From Octopus vulgaris (Eukaryota): a DNA stretch of 64,000 nucleotides. Of this stretch, positions 39,445 to 51,997 are shown piece by piece. The position numbers and the translations under genes are program-made. A model generated the notes under the pieces. That model saw only the letters and a list, made by a program, of their open reading frames with translations. It ran no database searches and was not told where the DNA came from. Location: positions 60,078,001 to 60,142,000 of the forward strand of contig OX597815.1 of NCBI GenBank assembly GCA_951406725.2. The letters run 5' to 3'. How positions within the stretch are numbered: the first letter of the stretch is position 1; each line of letters begins with the position of its first letter.

Positions 39445-40908
39445 CTAGAAGAAATACCCGGGTTAAAGAGAATAAGGAAATTTAAAAACGACGTCTAGAT
39501 TACACACGTCTCAACTGCTTGTAGCTGAGATATCACGTGTCTTCATTAATAGCTCCCCAACCCATGCCAGCATGGCAATTAGATAGATGCTAAGTGAAAT
39601 GTTTAAAAGAAAGTTTTCAACTCATATATGTATATAAAGTAAGTGCACGTAATTAAAAAAAAGTTTTGTCTAGCTTATTTCGTGACCAAAAAACAGGTAC
39701 AGATTATAAACAATGAAAAGCCGATTTTGGGGATTCATTTGACAGATATAGTAGAGAACCAATCCGATGATAAATCTGACCTTGGATCTTCAAAGTTTGC
39801 ATGAATACTGGCTCAGTTAAATCTCTTGTGACTGTAAATGATGTCATCTGTAGTGCAGCGTTTTATTGCCAAATTTCGATTTTGCAGTGCTTAGAATCTT
39901 GGTCAGCTGACGATAACATTTTCTTCAATGGCTCTGGAGGTTTGGGGATTTCAGGTGATTTAACCTTTCCACCACTACAGCACAATGAAGGTGGCTCTCC
40001 AGGCTACTTCCTTGCTTTACAATGTATGCACTTAGTTGTAATTGCACCAATGGAAACTCTAGTGTCGTCTGCATAATGATCTGCTGGAATCATAATTGAA
40101 AGCTGCTTCATAGAAGTTGCTTCACTAAGCTGTTGCAACTGCTCTTTGATCTGCAGCGGAGATCCTATTCCTTGTCAGCCTTGTATACATCTGTTCGTCA
40201 CTTTGAGATGTTCTGGCTTTTGTATTTCACAGTCTGTTCGTTTCTTGGTATGCTTCCCTTTCAGCAGCTGTCTGTCTTTCTCTGGACAGAGATATTCTTT
40301 TGGCTGACCTTGACATTGTAGACAAATATGACACTTTCCTTGTAGGCATGGTTATATACGTAGACAGAAATACACTGGTGTAGAAGATAGTAAAGAATGA
40401 AAATAACTGGGTAACGGAAATTATATTTCTTAATAAGACGGGCAGAATGTAAATAAGAAATTTTTACAGAAAATAAAGAATTGTACGGGTTGAAGCGACA
40501 TTTGTCAGTGAACCAAAGAGCCAGTATCGAAGGAACCAGAAAAAAGCCGTTAACAACAGAAAAACACAAACCGTCGCATAAGTAGATAAGAAATTTGTAG
40601 GCAAATTTAACGAAGTGTACGGATTGAAGTGAAAGTTATGAAGTTACTTCTGTCAGTAAATTATGTATGAAATTACTTTCATCAGTAATAGTGAACTTCT
40701 TTCTGTCAGTAATTTGTCGTTGTTTGTAAATAGCGATTGAAAACTTACAGTAACAACAATAGCGACTGAACTTTGAGTGGAAACAATAGTGTCTGAAAAA
40801 TGAAAGTGAAAACAATAGAGAGTGATATATATATCACTCTCTATTGTTTTCACTTTCATTATCAGTCACTATTGTTTCCACTCAAAGTTCAGTCGCTATT
40901 GTTGTTAC

Positions 40909-40979
<71 letters not shown>

Positions 40980-41390
40980 ACTAAGTTAGATATATAAGAT
41001 AGATATAGATATATAAAATATAGAGATAGATAGAGTGAGATCGATGTAAAGATATAGATAGAGAGATATAGAGGTCACTGACTCTAGGAAACTGGAAGTA
41101 AATCTTTAAAAAACTTTCAAAGACGCGAATCTAATATAAAAAGCAATATTTTTTATGACCAGTGGATGTAATGGAAACAGTCAATTTCTGAAAGTTACTT
41201 CACCAAAAATTGCCCTTGTCCACGTAACCCACGAACGGGTGTTTTCTGCCCCTAGGGTCCCCGTTATTCATGATGTGAAAAATATTAAGAGTCTAAAACG
41301 ATTACTGGAACATAAGTAATATACGTTCCCAGTTTGGAGAATACCCGTTGAAAAATACGGCCCTTATAATCTTTTACCCGCCCCCACAGT
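39445..41390 (-). mobile_element. Non-autonomous Helitron carrying a decayed RepHel N-terminus
   Basis: Minus frame from ATG 40349: MPTRK..SIGAITTKCIHCKARK*PGEPPSLCCSGGKV..PPEPLKKML..SKH..QMTSF..FMQTLKIQGQIYHRIGSLL. Minus 3' end cccgggtatttcttCTAG followed by T at 39445/39444. Confidence 0.8.
40744..40914. repeat. Inverted duplication (~80-bp arms) centred on (AT)n
   Basis: 40835-40914 is the reverse complement of 40744-40824. Confidence 0.92.
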
Positions 41391-43090
41391 ACGGGATACA
41401 CGTCTCCTTCTACACCATAGTAATGGGTTGAGCCAATCTAGCAGCATCAACATCAAACAATGCATGTTTCAAAGTGATTCCCTCTCCCCATTACTCTTTT
41501 GCATGGCATTAATCCCACTCTCAAACGAACTGAGTAATATAAGGTATGGGTTCAAAGTGTATAATATAGTAAGTCATCTGTTTTATATGGACGATATGAA
41601 GTTGTTTGGTAGAAATGACGAAGAGCTAGTGGATCTGTTAACAATTGTTAAAGACTGCAGCAATGACAGTGGGATGGCTTTGATGAGTGTGCTAAAGCAA
41701 CTTTTGTAAGAGGTAAGCTCAAACAAACAGCTTCTATTAAATTAGATATCGACACTACCATTTGACCCACAAGAAAGCTATAAATACATATCGATAACAA
41801 AGGAGATTGTATACAACATGCTATTATGAAGGAAAAATAACAAAGGAGTATTACAGGAGAGTAAGACTCACTCTAAAAACTGAACTCAACTCCAAAAATC
41901 GCATCGAAGCCATTAACACCCTGGCAGTTTCAGTAGACCAATGCAGTTTTAACATCATTAACTGGAATGTTACAGAGCTCCAACGCCTGGACAGGAAGAC
42001 AACAAAAATACTAACATCTAAGAACATACACCACCCAAAAGCAGATGTTGATCGTCTGTAACTATCTAGAAGTAATGGGGGAAGGGGAATGAAGGAAATA
42101 GGACTGTGCTATATGACCTCCTCAATAGCAATGAACAAATAATTAGCTAGTACAGAGGACTGGATGCTCTATCTTGTGTGCAAACACAAAAGCAGCAAAA
42201 AATCACATTTTATTGTCAAGGAAGCTTGCAAATTCGTAAGGGAATCTTGCAGCAACTCTGAATTAGATGAAGAACCTGAAACCACTGATACCAAGCAAGC
42301 AATACGGATCAAACAGCCTACAAAAATGAACGGTCAGAATCAAATTGAGGAGCGGCGGAGCCAGAAACCTCTGCATGGACAGTATATACTTCAAAGCCGA
42401 AATGCTGATGTAGGTCAAGCAACAACCCAGAAGCTCAGGACTGAAAGCAGACACCGAAGGTTTCATATTAGCGGCACAAAACCAAAGCCTGCTTACCAAA
42501 AAATACCAGGCTAATGTTCTTCAAAACGGTTCTGACCCTAAATGCAGATTCTGCGATAAATTTGATGAACCAATAGACCATCTCGTCTTGGCGTCCTGTG
42601 TTGACACCAAACGAATACAAATATCGCCACGATAGGGTAGGACAGTATTTACATTGGAGAATATGTAAACACTACAAAATCAGCACTCCTGCTTACTGGT
42701 ATTAACATCACCCTGAGCCAGTCATTGAAGGTAAAAATGTCACTATTCTCTGGGATTTTCCAGTCAACACCGACAGAACATCCAGGCAAATCGACCAGAC
42801 ATAGTCATTAAAGATAGGAAAGAAAATACTTGTAGACTAATAGATATAAGTGTTCCCACTGATAAAAATATATCTGTAAAAGAATTTGACAAATCAAGTA
42901 AATATAAGGCCCTGGAAACTGAATTACAAAATATGTGGCATCTTAAAGCGAGAACTGTTCCTGTTATTATGGTTGCCCTAAGTATAATTAGAAGGGGTTG
43001 TGAGAAACATCTAGATTATATTCCGGGAGAACCATGTCTCAGAGAAGTCCAAAAGATTGTGCTGACAAATACTGCCCACATCTTTAGAAA

Positions 43091-44430
43091 ACCATCCTTA
43101 AGAAAACCATCCTGTTCGAAACCATCCTTAAGAAAAGTATGATGCTCCACCTCCTAAACACAGCCTCTATCACTGATTCCCAACACGGCTTCGTGCCGAA
43201 GAGATCATGCTTGACCAACTTACTAGTAATGGAAGAATTGGTGACGCGCATTCTCGATGATAGTGATGCTGTTGACATCGTTTTACTGGACTTTGCCAAA
43301 GCTTTTGACTCGGTAAACCACCGCCTATTACTTGTCAAGCTTCAAGCATATAGTTTCCATCCGGATATTGTACGATGGGTCGGTGCCTTCCTCTCAGATC
43401 GCTTCTTCCAAGTCCAAGTTAATGGTTCGCGGTCCGACGTCTCCAGTGCGAGCAGTGGCGTGCCTCAAGGTTCAGTGCTTGGGCCCTTGTTGTTCTTAGT
43501 CTTCATAAATGACTTGCCCGACGACCTCACGCAACACACCCTTCTATTTGCCGACGATATCAAACTGGTCGCTCCTCGCGGTAATATAGAGGATCTTCGT
43601 CGATGCCTCCACCAAATTTGGAAGTGGTCTAACGATTGGGACCTGTGTCTGAACGTGTTAAAGTGCTGTCATCTGCCTGTCGGCTCTACTCCTGCAACTC
43701 AACTTGATTTCGAGCCGGGTCGTCTGCTGCTGGAGAGGACCGATCAGGTAAAGGACCTAGGTATCTTGGTGGATTCCTCCTTTTCGCCTTCGGCCCAGTG
43801 CGTCCATGCGGCCAACAAAGCACGCGGAATTCTGTTCTTGATTCGACGGTCATTCGGAATGCTCACAGCAGCCATATTCCTACCACTCTATGTCACGCTG
43901 GTGAGACCCATATTGGAGTATGGGATTCAAGCCTCTTCTCCTTATCTCCTCAAAGACATACAGCATCTCGAAAGAGTCCAGAAGCTGGCTACCCGCATGG
44001 TTCATGGTCTCAAAAATTTGTCCTACGAAGAAAGGCTGAGGACGCTCGACCTTTATTCTCTTGAAAAACGCCGCCGCCGTGGTGATCTCATTCTCGCCCA
44101 CAACATCATAAGCGGAAAGTGTAACCTCTCGAAAGAGCTGTTCTTCACTCCTGCTCCAGAGCGTCGGCTGCGGGGTCATTCCGAAAAGCTCTACCTGCGA
44201 CGATTTCATCTCAATCGAAGGAGAGGAGCTTTCTCCATCCGGGTTGCGGATCCGTGGAACAAGCTGCCAGACGAGATGGTAAAGATGCCGACGACCGCTT
44301 TGTTCAAAGCCTCCCTGGACCTCAAGTGGCCTGAACTCTTTACATGAACACCACCCTGTACTTAACTCCATGTCCCCCTACATGGCTTTGCTATTTGCTT
44401 TTGAGCCAAAGTAACTAACTAACTAACTAA
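43091..44430 (+). mobile_element. 5'-truncated CR1-clade LINE with (TAAC)n tail
   Basis: GC-richer than flanks; short 3' UTR ending gtaactaactaactaactaa. Confidence 0.9.
43139..44347 (+). CDS. CR1-type reverse transcriptase, uninterrupted C-terminal 402 aa (5' truncated, no endonuclease)
   Basis: QHGFVPKRSCLTNLL; LDFAKAFDSV; SGVPQGSVLGPLLF; LFADDIKL; LVRPILEY; LERVQ; YEERL..L.L.SLEKRR.RGDLI; LRGH; WNKLP. Confidence 0.9.
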   Translation: MMLHLLNTASITDSQHGFVPKRSCLTNLLVMEELVTRILDDSDAVDIVLLDFAKAFDSVNHRLLLVKLQAYSFHPDIVRWVGAFLSDRFFQVQVNGSRSDVSSASSGVPQGSVLGPLLFLVFINDLPDDLTQHTLLFADDIKLVAPRGNIEDLRRCLHQIWKWSNDWDLCLNVLKCCHLPVGSTPATQLDFEPGRLLLERTDQVKDLGILVDSSFSPSAQCVHAANKARGILFLIRRSFGMLTAAIFLPLYVTLVRPILEYGIQASSPYLLKDIQHLERVQKLATRMVHGLKNLSYEERLRTLDLYSLEKRRRRGDLILAHNIISGKCNLSKELFFTPAPERRLRGHSEKLYLRRFHLNRRRGAFSIRVADPWNKLPDEMVKMPTTALFKASLDLKWPELFT

Positions 44431-44585
44431 AAGCCCTGTCAATTTAAATGTCTGTGTTCTATTACATAAAATATTTCGCTTCTGCCCCTGTCACATCCTC
44501 TCCCCAATCTTTCAGTCATACTGTAATATCTTTCATCCTTCACTCGCCCTAGTCCGCAGATTAAAAGTAAATAATGATAATAATG

Positions 44586-44649
<64 letters not shown>

Positions 44650-47600
44650 GGGGGGACGTTTAAAATGTAAGAACGATAAAACAGAGCTCCGGAATCTATC
44701 CACAAACATCGAAAACAAGGACATCGTATGGAGCTAAAAATTTACTAACAAAGGATTGGACTGTACCCGAGTAAGTAATACTCATTGAAATTTATTACTA
44801 TTTTCGAAACGAAATGATGTATTTTGACTCGATATCATCTCCACCTCTAACACAACACATGTAAACATGCGTGATACATTACGACCCATAAACACCAGCT
44901 CATCCCCGACCCCAAACACCATGTACAAAGGGACTACGAAGAAATTAAATACCACCGATATTATTCAACCCAAGAATAACAATCGGGAGGTACGTACTTT
45001 AAACTTACCACACAAAATGTACGAAAAACTACACGTGCAAAACAATGTGACAACAGAAATGAACGGACCGGTACTCTACGAAAATGACGACCGTCAAAAT
45101 AATGGGCCAGACGTTGTTCCTCATGTCCCGCAAATAAAACCTAAAAGACATAAATGGACACGTGAGGAATACATTTCTATCCTACACGCATACTTCACAG
45201 CAATGCTCTAACCAAAAAATGAAAACACAACAACACATACATATAAAATATGGAAGGAAAATAACATAAATATAGACTTGGATACAGCAATGAACCCTAA
45301 TAAACTAGCTAACGTAGGAAGATACATTCTCAACGCAAAAAAATATCAGAAATAGAAATAGAACACCTAAAAGAAAAAATACACCAGGAAAAATGTAGAT
45401 AGAAGCCACACAACAATGCCCAATAATATAAACACTGAAACAGTAAAACATGGAGACAAACGTAACATTCCCAACAAACACGATGTAAATAAAAACAACA
45501 AACCCTGACCGTAAGGATGCATAATAATACACGACAAACAGCAAGCCAAAACACGACAAACAAACATATGAATAAGAAAGAAAGCGATACAAATCTAAAA
45601 CCTGGAAACAACGAAGGGGAGCCTAATAATTATGATAATATAAAAAGTAAAATAGTCAAAGAACTGAAAACCACAAAGCTCAAAATGGACCACCGACCAT
45701 ACCTCCCAAAAATCAAAATAGACGAAACAACAACACCAATTATAAACAGCATAAACCTAACCGTCACGGAACTAATAGCCACTGAAACAAAAAGCGATAT
45801 CACTGAGCTAAATGACTTAGTATACGCAGCAGCCACTGCAGCCACAAAAGAAGCTGGATACTCACTCAAACCTATCCAAACAGGAGTTCCGCCACCCAAA
45901 CAAACCCTGTGGATAAATAACATCCAAAACAAAATACAAAAAATGAGAAAAGATCTGTCGATTCTTAATGAAATCAGTAGACAATCAACGCTACTGAGCA
46001 ACAAAAAGAAAACAAAAATACTCCGCAAATATAACATCACAGAAAAAGATTTACCTGAGATAAAAGAAAAGCTGAAGCAAGATATCCTTGCCAAAGCACA
46101 AAGGATCCGCCGGTACGAGAAAAGCCAGCGCTTCTTTGAACAAAACAAAAAGTTCAACTCCAACCCCAAAAGTTCTACCAAGAACTTGGCAAAAATAAAA
46201 TAGAAATCACTGCAGCACCAACGACAGAAGAAGTGGAAGAATTCTGGAGAGAAATATGGTCGGCGAACGAACAACCAAAAAAAAAAAGGAGTAGTAAAAC
46301 AACAAACTCAGCATCTGAAGAACTTTGGACCCCCATAACAACTGAAGAGGTCACACAGGCACTGCAAAGACTAAGCAACTGGAAGGCACCTGGGCATGAC
46401 AAGATCCCCAACTTCTGGTTGAAATATCAACCAGGAATGCACAAAAAACTGGCTGAAAGCATTCACGACATACTGGCAGAGCCAGAGACAATGCCTGAAT
46501 GGCTCACGAAGGGGGAAACCATCTTAATTCCCAAATCAAATGAGACAGCAAAACCAGAAAACTACAGATCAATAACCTGTCTCCCTACAATGTACAATGC
46601 ATTTACTTCAGTGATATCGCAAAGGTTGAACAAGCACCTGGACGAAAACAACCTGTTTCCAGAAGAGCAGAAAGGATGCCGCAAAGGCTAATATGGCTGT
46701 AAAGATCAACTAATGATTAATAAAGCCATAACTGGAGACAGCCACAGAAAGAAGAAAGGCCTCAGTATGACCTGGATCGACTACAAAAAGGCGTTTGATA
46801 GCATCCCCCACACATGGATCCTCGAAACACTAGCCATTAACAAAGTAGCACCAACAATTATAAAATTCATAGGGCACTCTATGAATAAATGGCAAACAGT
46901 GCTACAGCTCCAAACAAAAGAGGGACTCATGAAAACCAAAGCCATCACCATTAAAAGAGGAATATTCCAGGGAGTCACGCTCTCTCCACTCCTTTTCTGC
47001 TTGGCACTGTTACCTCTATCTGATATACTAAATAGAACTGGATGCGGATATAAATGTTACGGCAAAACGATCAGCCACCTTTTATATATGGATGACGTAA
47101 AACTATACGCTGCAAATGACAAACAGCTGGAAACACTATTAAAGACAGTTCATGGATTTACCAAAGAAATAGATATGAAATTTGGATTAGAAAAATGCGC
47201 CAAAGCAACCATGAATAGAGGAAAACTAGTTAAGAGTAGCAACATCACACTAGATAAAACCAATGAAATAAAAGAATTAGACAAAAGCCAAACTTACAAA
47301 TACTTAAGAATCCATGAACTAGATAAGACACAACACACGCAAATGAAAGAGAAAATGAAAAAAGAATATTATAGACGAGTTAGATCAATACTAAAAACAG
47401 AGCTCAATGCTAAAAGCAAGATAATAGGTATTAACACTTTAGCTGTCCCAGTTATAAGTTACAGCTACAATATCCTTAACTGGACACTAAATGAACTGAC
47501 CAAAATAGATAGAAAAACAAGAAGAATAATGACAGGATCTAGGACGCATCACCCAAAATCTGACATAGAAAGACTATATATACAACGTATAGAAGGTGGT

Positions 47601-48777
47601 AGAGGCCTTATACAGCTGGAAAACTACTATAAAATAACCACCATAGGACTGCAAAAATTTCTACTTCAGAAGGAAGGAAAACTGATACAAATAGCGGCAA
47701 AACACGAGCAAAACAAAAAACTGTTCTCAGTATTTAAGGAAGCTGACAAATACAAACAAGAAATCATACCACCTAACAAATATGAAGAAGAAGAAGAGAA
47801 GAAGAAGAAGAAGAAGAAGAAGAAGAAGAAGAAGAAGAAGATGAAAAACAACAAAAGCTATAAAACAAATGAAATCCAAACTAAAAATAGAACAGCAACG
47901 AACCATGATAAAACGATGGCAAGAAAAGCCCCTTCATGGTAAATACTGGACTAAACTAAACGCAAAAGAAATAGACAAAGAAAAATTCCAGCAATGGTTG
48001 AGAAGCTCAGGACTCAACGCAGAGACAGAGGGATTTTTAATTGCAGCACAAGACCAAAGCCTCCCCACCAGAAATTACCAAAATCATGTAATGAAAAGAA
48101 ATATAACAAGTAACTGCAGAATATGTGGAGATGGACAAGGAACAATAAATCATATTATCTCTGGCTGCCCAATCCTGGCTAAGAAGGAATATATTCACAG
48201 ACATGACAGAGTTGGAACCTACATACACTGGAAGCTATGTCAACATTATGGAATAACAACAGAAAAAAGATGGTATAGCCAAACACCAGAAAAGGTCAAA
48301 GAAAATGAGAAAGCAACCATACTCTGGGATATGCCGATACACACAGATAGAGAAATTAAGGCCAACAGACCAGATATAGTTGTCAGAGATCATGAAGAAA
48401 AAAATGCTTTCTAATTGATGTATCAAAACCGGCAAATGACAACGTGTCTTTAAAAGAAATGGAGAAACTTTCAAACTACAAAGACCTGGAAATAGAGGTA
48501 ACCAGAATGTGGAATCTAAAAACAGAAACAATTCCTATCATAGTAGGTGCATTAGGTATGATAAAAAAATATTCAGACAAATACATAACAAAAACACCAG
48601 GACTTACAAACACATATAACACACAGAAAATTGCACTACTAGACACTGCACACATCCTACGCAGAACACTTTCCATACAATAAGCATCAGAGCATCACAA
48701 CAAATCACAGCACATACCTAAGGCACACAGAGCTGTGCTCGGTAGTGAAGTGAAAGCACGCTATAAAAATAAAACTA

Positions 48778-48780
<3 letters not shown>
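44650..48780 (+). mobile_element. Apparently full-length R4/Dong-type non-LTR retrotransposon between (TAA)n arrays
   Basis: (TAA)n at 44570-44649 and 48781-49035; single disrupted RT-RLE frame; ~100-bp 3' UTR. Confidence 0.93.
44867..48683 (+). pseudogene. R4/Dong polyprotein (N-terminal WTREE domain, RT, CCHC, PD-D/ExK restriction-like endonuclease) with a few lesions
   Basis: KRHKWTREE; NWKAPGHD; YRSITCLPT; WIDYKKAFDSIPH; GIFQG.TLSPLLFC; HLLYMDDVKL; CRICG..TINHIISGC; RHDRV; ANRPDIV; QKIALL.TAHILRR. Confidence 0.92.
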
Positions 48781-48839
<59 letters not shown>

Positions 48840-48906
48840 TGATAATAATAATAATAATGATAATAATAATAATAATTATAATAATAATAAAAATAATAAT
48901 AATAAC

Positions 48907-48983
<77 letters not shown>

Positions 48984-49076
48984 CAATAATAATAATAATA
49001 TTAATAATAATAATATTAATAATAATAATTATAATAACAACAAGAACAAGAACAAGAACAAAACAACATCAACAAT

Positions 49077-49279
49077 AACCCTTTGTACTAAACGCACAAG
49101 ATCTGAAATTTGGGGGAGAGAGACAGTCGATTATATCGACCCCTGTGTTTCACTGCTACTTAATTTTTCGAGCACGAATGGATGAAGAGCAAAGTCAACA
49201 TCGGCGGATATTAGAACGTAGCAACAGACGAAATATCGCTAAGCATTTTGCCCGGCGTGGTAACGATTCGCCAGCTCAC
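49077..49279 (-). mobile_element. SINE-like repeat
   Basis: Minus-strand head gtgagctggcgaatcgttaccacgccgggcaaaatgcttagcg and ggggtcgatataatcgac hairpin; flanked by (TAA)/(CAA) tracts. Confidence 0.65.
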
Positions 49280-49283
49280 AGTT

Positions 49284-49330
<47 letters not shown>

Positions 49331-49334
<4 letters not shown>

Positions 49335-50910
49335 GGAAAAATTGTTTGTTCAAAATAGTAGCAGAGATAACAATGAAAATACAATTCTTGCTAATAAGGG
49401 TAATCCCATAGTACACGAAAGGAGCAGCGGTAGTTTACTTGATGAGAGACATATAGATGATCTAAAAGAAGAGAATAAAACTAATGGCGACATGACAGAT
49501 GAGCGAAAGTCAATCTACGACAAATTAAAGGCAAGACAACAGGAGAACGATAGCGACATTATTTGCAACCTTAAAAAGGTTGATCGATGGAATTTGAACC
49601 AAGAAACGATAACTGTCAATGAAATTCTGAAATACATCAGAACAAACAACGTCACAGAAACAAATAATTTGATCTAGGCAGCAAGTATTGTAGCAGAAAA
49701 CGTGGGTGTTGATGTCAAGAAAAAGAAACATAATGGGAGTGACAAAAGAAAAGATCCATGGTTGAAAAGAAGAATCCAGGCAGGGTTAGACATGCTCTCT
49801 GAGGAAATCGCTGTGTTGGACCGAGAAGAGAAATGGGAGATAAAAAGCGAACAAAGATACAGGGCGCTGAAAAGAGAGTATAATATTGAAATAAAGGGCC
49901 TGAAAGTAGTAGTGGAAGAACTGAAACAGCGCCTCGTTGCAAAGAAAGCAAAGATGGTAAGATACGACCAAAGAATGAAGGGTTACCAGCAGAATAGGTT
50001 ATTCAGAGTAGAATAGGTTATTCAGAAGAGATTCTATAAAGAAATAAATTGAGAGTGTACAGATGAAAAGTTGATACCAGATAACATTTGAAAGTCAAAG
50101 GTTTTAGAGTGACATCTGGAGCAAAGACAAAGAGCACAAGAAGGATGCTGAATGGTTGCAAGAACTGAAACAAACAGTAGTCTGTCCAAAACAGGCAGAA
50201 CTAGTCATTCCAATTAGGGAAGTGAAGGAAATCAGCAAAAAAATGAGCAACTGAGAGGCCCCAGGGTCAGATGAAGTTCGAGGCTACTGGATCAAAAGAT
50301 TTGGTGAATGTCATGCACGAATCGCTGCGCAACTCAACATCCTATTAAATGCCGACCAAGGAAAACCAACGTGGTTAACATTGGGTGGGACAGTGCTGTG
50401 CCTGAAAAACATCGAAAAATGCAATACGGTAGACAATTAGAGGCCGATATCCTGTTTGCCACTTATGTGGAAGTTATTGACTGGAATACTCGCAGAGTCA
50501 ATGTACGAACATCTGGAAAAAAATGGAGTCCTGCCACATGAGCAGAAGGGTTGCAAGGGTAAGTGCAACGGTACCAAGGATCAACTCCTGATAGATAAAA
50601 CTGTACTTAGAGACTGCAAGAAAAGGAAAAGTAACTTAGCCATGTCACGGATCGTCTATTGTAAGGCGTACGATATTATCCCACATTCTTGGATTATGGA
50701 ATGTATGAACCTATTTGGTATTGCATCGAATGTTGAGCGATTGCCTGGAAAAAGTATGATGAATTAGAGAACGAACCTGACAGCATATGGAAGAAGTTTA
50801 AGGACAGTAGAAATTAGGAGGGGCATCTTCCAAGGGGACTGCCTGTCCCCACTGACCATTGTACTGTGCTTGATACCACTAGCACATGTATTTGGGAAGC
50901 AAGCTTCTTA
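49331..50910 (+). mobile_element. Decayed R4/Dong-type element (N-terminal to mid-RT), 3' truncated at (TA)n
   Basis: DPWLKRRI; ELKQRLVAKKAK..RY; [16 protein letters not shown]; [14 protein letters not shown]; [11 protein letters not shown]; [11 protein letters not shown]. Confidence 0.85.
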
Positions 50911-50933
50911 TCATGCCTGCGCCTATATATATA

Positions 50934-51043
<110 letters not shown>

Positions 51044-51161
51044 AAAAGCAATAAAGATTCAAGTTAATTTAAATGAATTAACTTGAATATGGTACCTAAC
51101 TTAGATGCACCAAAAGAAAACTATACTGATTTAACAATACAGTAATGTGGGGTGATTATAA

Positions 51162-51237
51162 GCGAGAAAGAAGCAACAAGAATGGATAGGTTTTTAGTAC
51201 AATAAAAACCTATCCATTCTTGTTGCTTCTTTCTCGC
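51162..51237. repeat. Perfect 35-bp inverted repeat with 6-nt loop; smaller 13-bp hairpin at 51057-51088
   Basis: gcgagaaagaagcaacaagaatggataggttttta-gtacaa-taaaaacctatccattcttgttgcttctttctcgc. Confidence 0.95.
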
Positions 51238-51238
51238 G

Positions 51239-51272
<34 letters not shown>

Positions 51273-51442
51273 TATTTTGTTTTAAATATAAGAGTGTATA
51301 AATATTTATACACAGAGAGAAGACCCTTGACAGGACTTCTTACATGCCAAAAAGGACGTTTAAAACCCAAACCACGAAAATAGAATTCTTAAGGCACGCT
51401 GTTAAGGATACTAAAGTGAACAAAAAAATAAAATATTAGTTA

Positions 51443-51512
51443 ATCCTGTACTCGAGTTTCGCTATTAATGACCAAATAAATTAATTTGGCATCTGTAGCT
51501 CTTCAGCAGGAT
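51443..51512 (-). ncRNA. Type I hammerhead ribozyme, fully canonical
   Basis: Minus strand: atcctg-CTGAAGA-gcta..gccaaat..atttggt..tagc-GAAA-ctcgag-TA-caggat. Confidence 0.92.
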
Positions 51513-51927
51513 CGCTAATGAATGCATAATTATGTAGCTATAATAAGTACCGAAAGCATGTGCTAAAGACAGCTCCGTCCGTATGCATTATGGATTCGAA
51601 CTTAGTGCGCGAGCGTATTCATATAGCCCAGCCGTAAATTTAAACTGTGTACAATATGGCCTTAGAATTGGAAAATTTTACTGTAGTAAATATGAGGGTA
51701 AAAAATTAATATAGTTTATTACCTGTAGTTCGCATGCGTAATAAATGCCATAAGACATAACATATTTCTAAATATAAGCGTGTATAAAGATTTATACACA
51801 GAGAGAAGACCCTTGACAGGACTTCTTACAGGCCAAAAAGGGCAGTTAAAACCCAAACCACGAAAAGAGAATTCTTAAGGCACGCTGTTAATGACACTAG
51901 AGTGAACAAAAAATAAAACATCAGTTA

Positions 51928-51997
51928 ATCCTGTACTCGAGTTTCGCTATTATTGATCAAATAAATTAATTTGATATCTGTAGCTCTTCAGCAGGAT
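51928..51997 (-). ncRNA. Type I hammerhead ribozyme, fully canonical
   Basis: Minus strand: atcctg-CTGAAGA-gcta..atcaaat..atttgat..tagc-GAAA-ctcgag-TA-caggat. Confidence 0.92.

Larger units (their letters stand above)
41410..44570 (+). mobile_element. 5'-truncated decayed R4/Dong-type RLE retrotransposon, interrupted by a CR1 at 43091-44428
   Basis: FQSDSLSPLLFC; HLFYMDDMKL; CRFC..DHL..C; RHDRVG; LWDF..TDR..ANRPDIV. The 3' UTR resumes at 44430, matches 63674-63842 and ends in (TAA)n. Confidence 0.9.

Noticed and set aside
43880-44371. Antisense ORFs over the CR1, PLE and Dong frames (e.g. 14570-14965, 45630-46274)
   Set aside because: Shadow frames of retroelement coding sequence.
44650-44866. 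Possible HDV-like ribozyme in the 5' UTR of the full-length RLE element
   Set aside because: Only an agctcc/ggagct pairing was seen; I could not assemble the nested double pseudoknot by eye. A descriptor search is needed.
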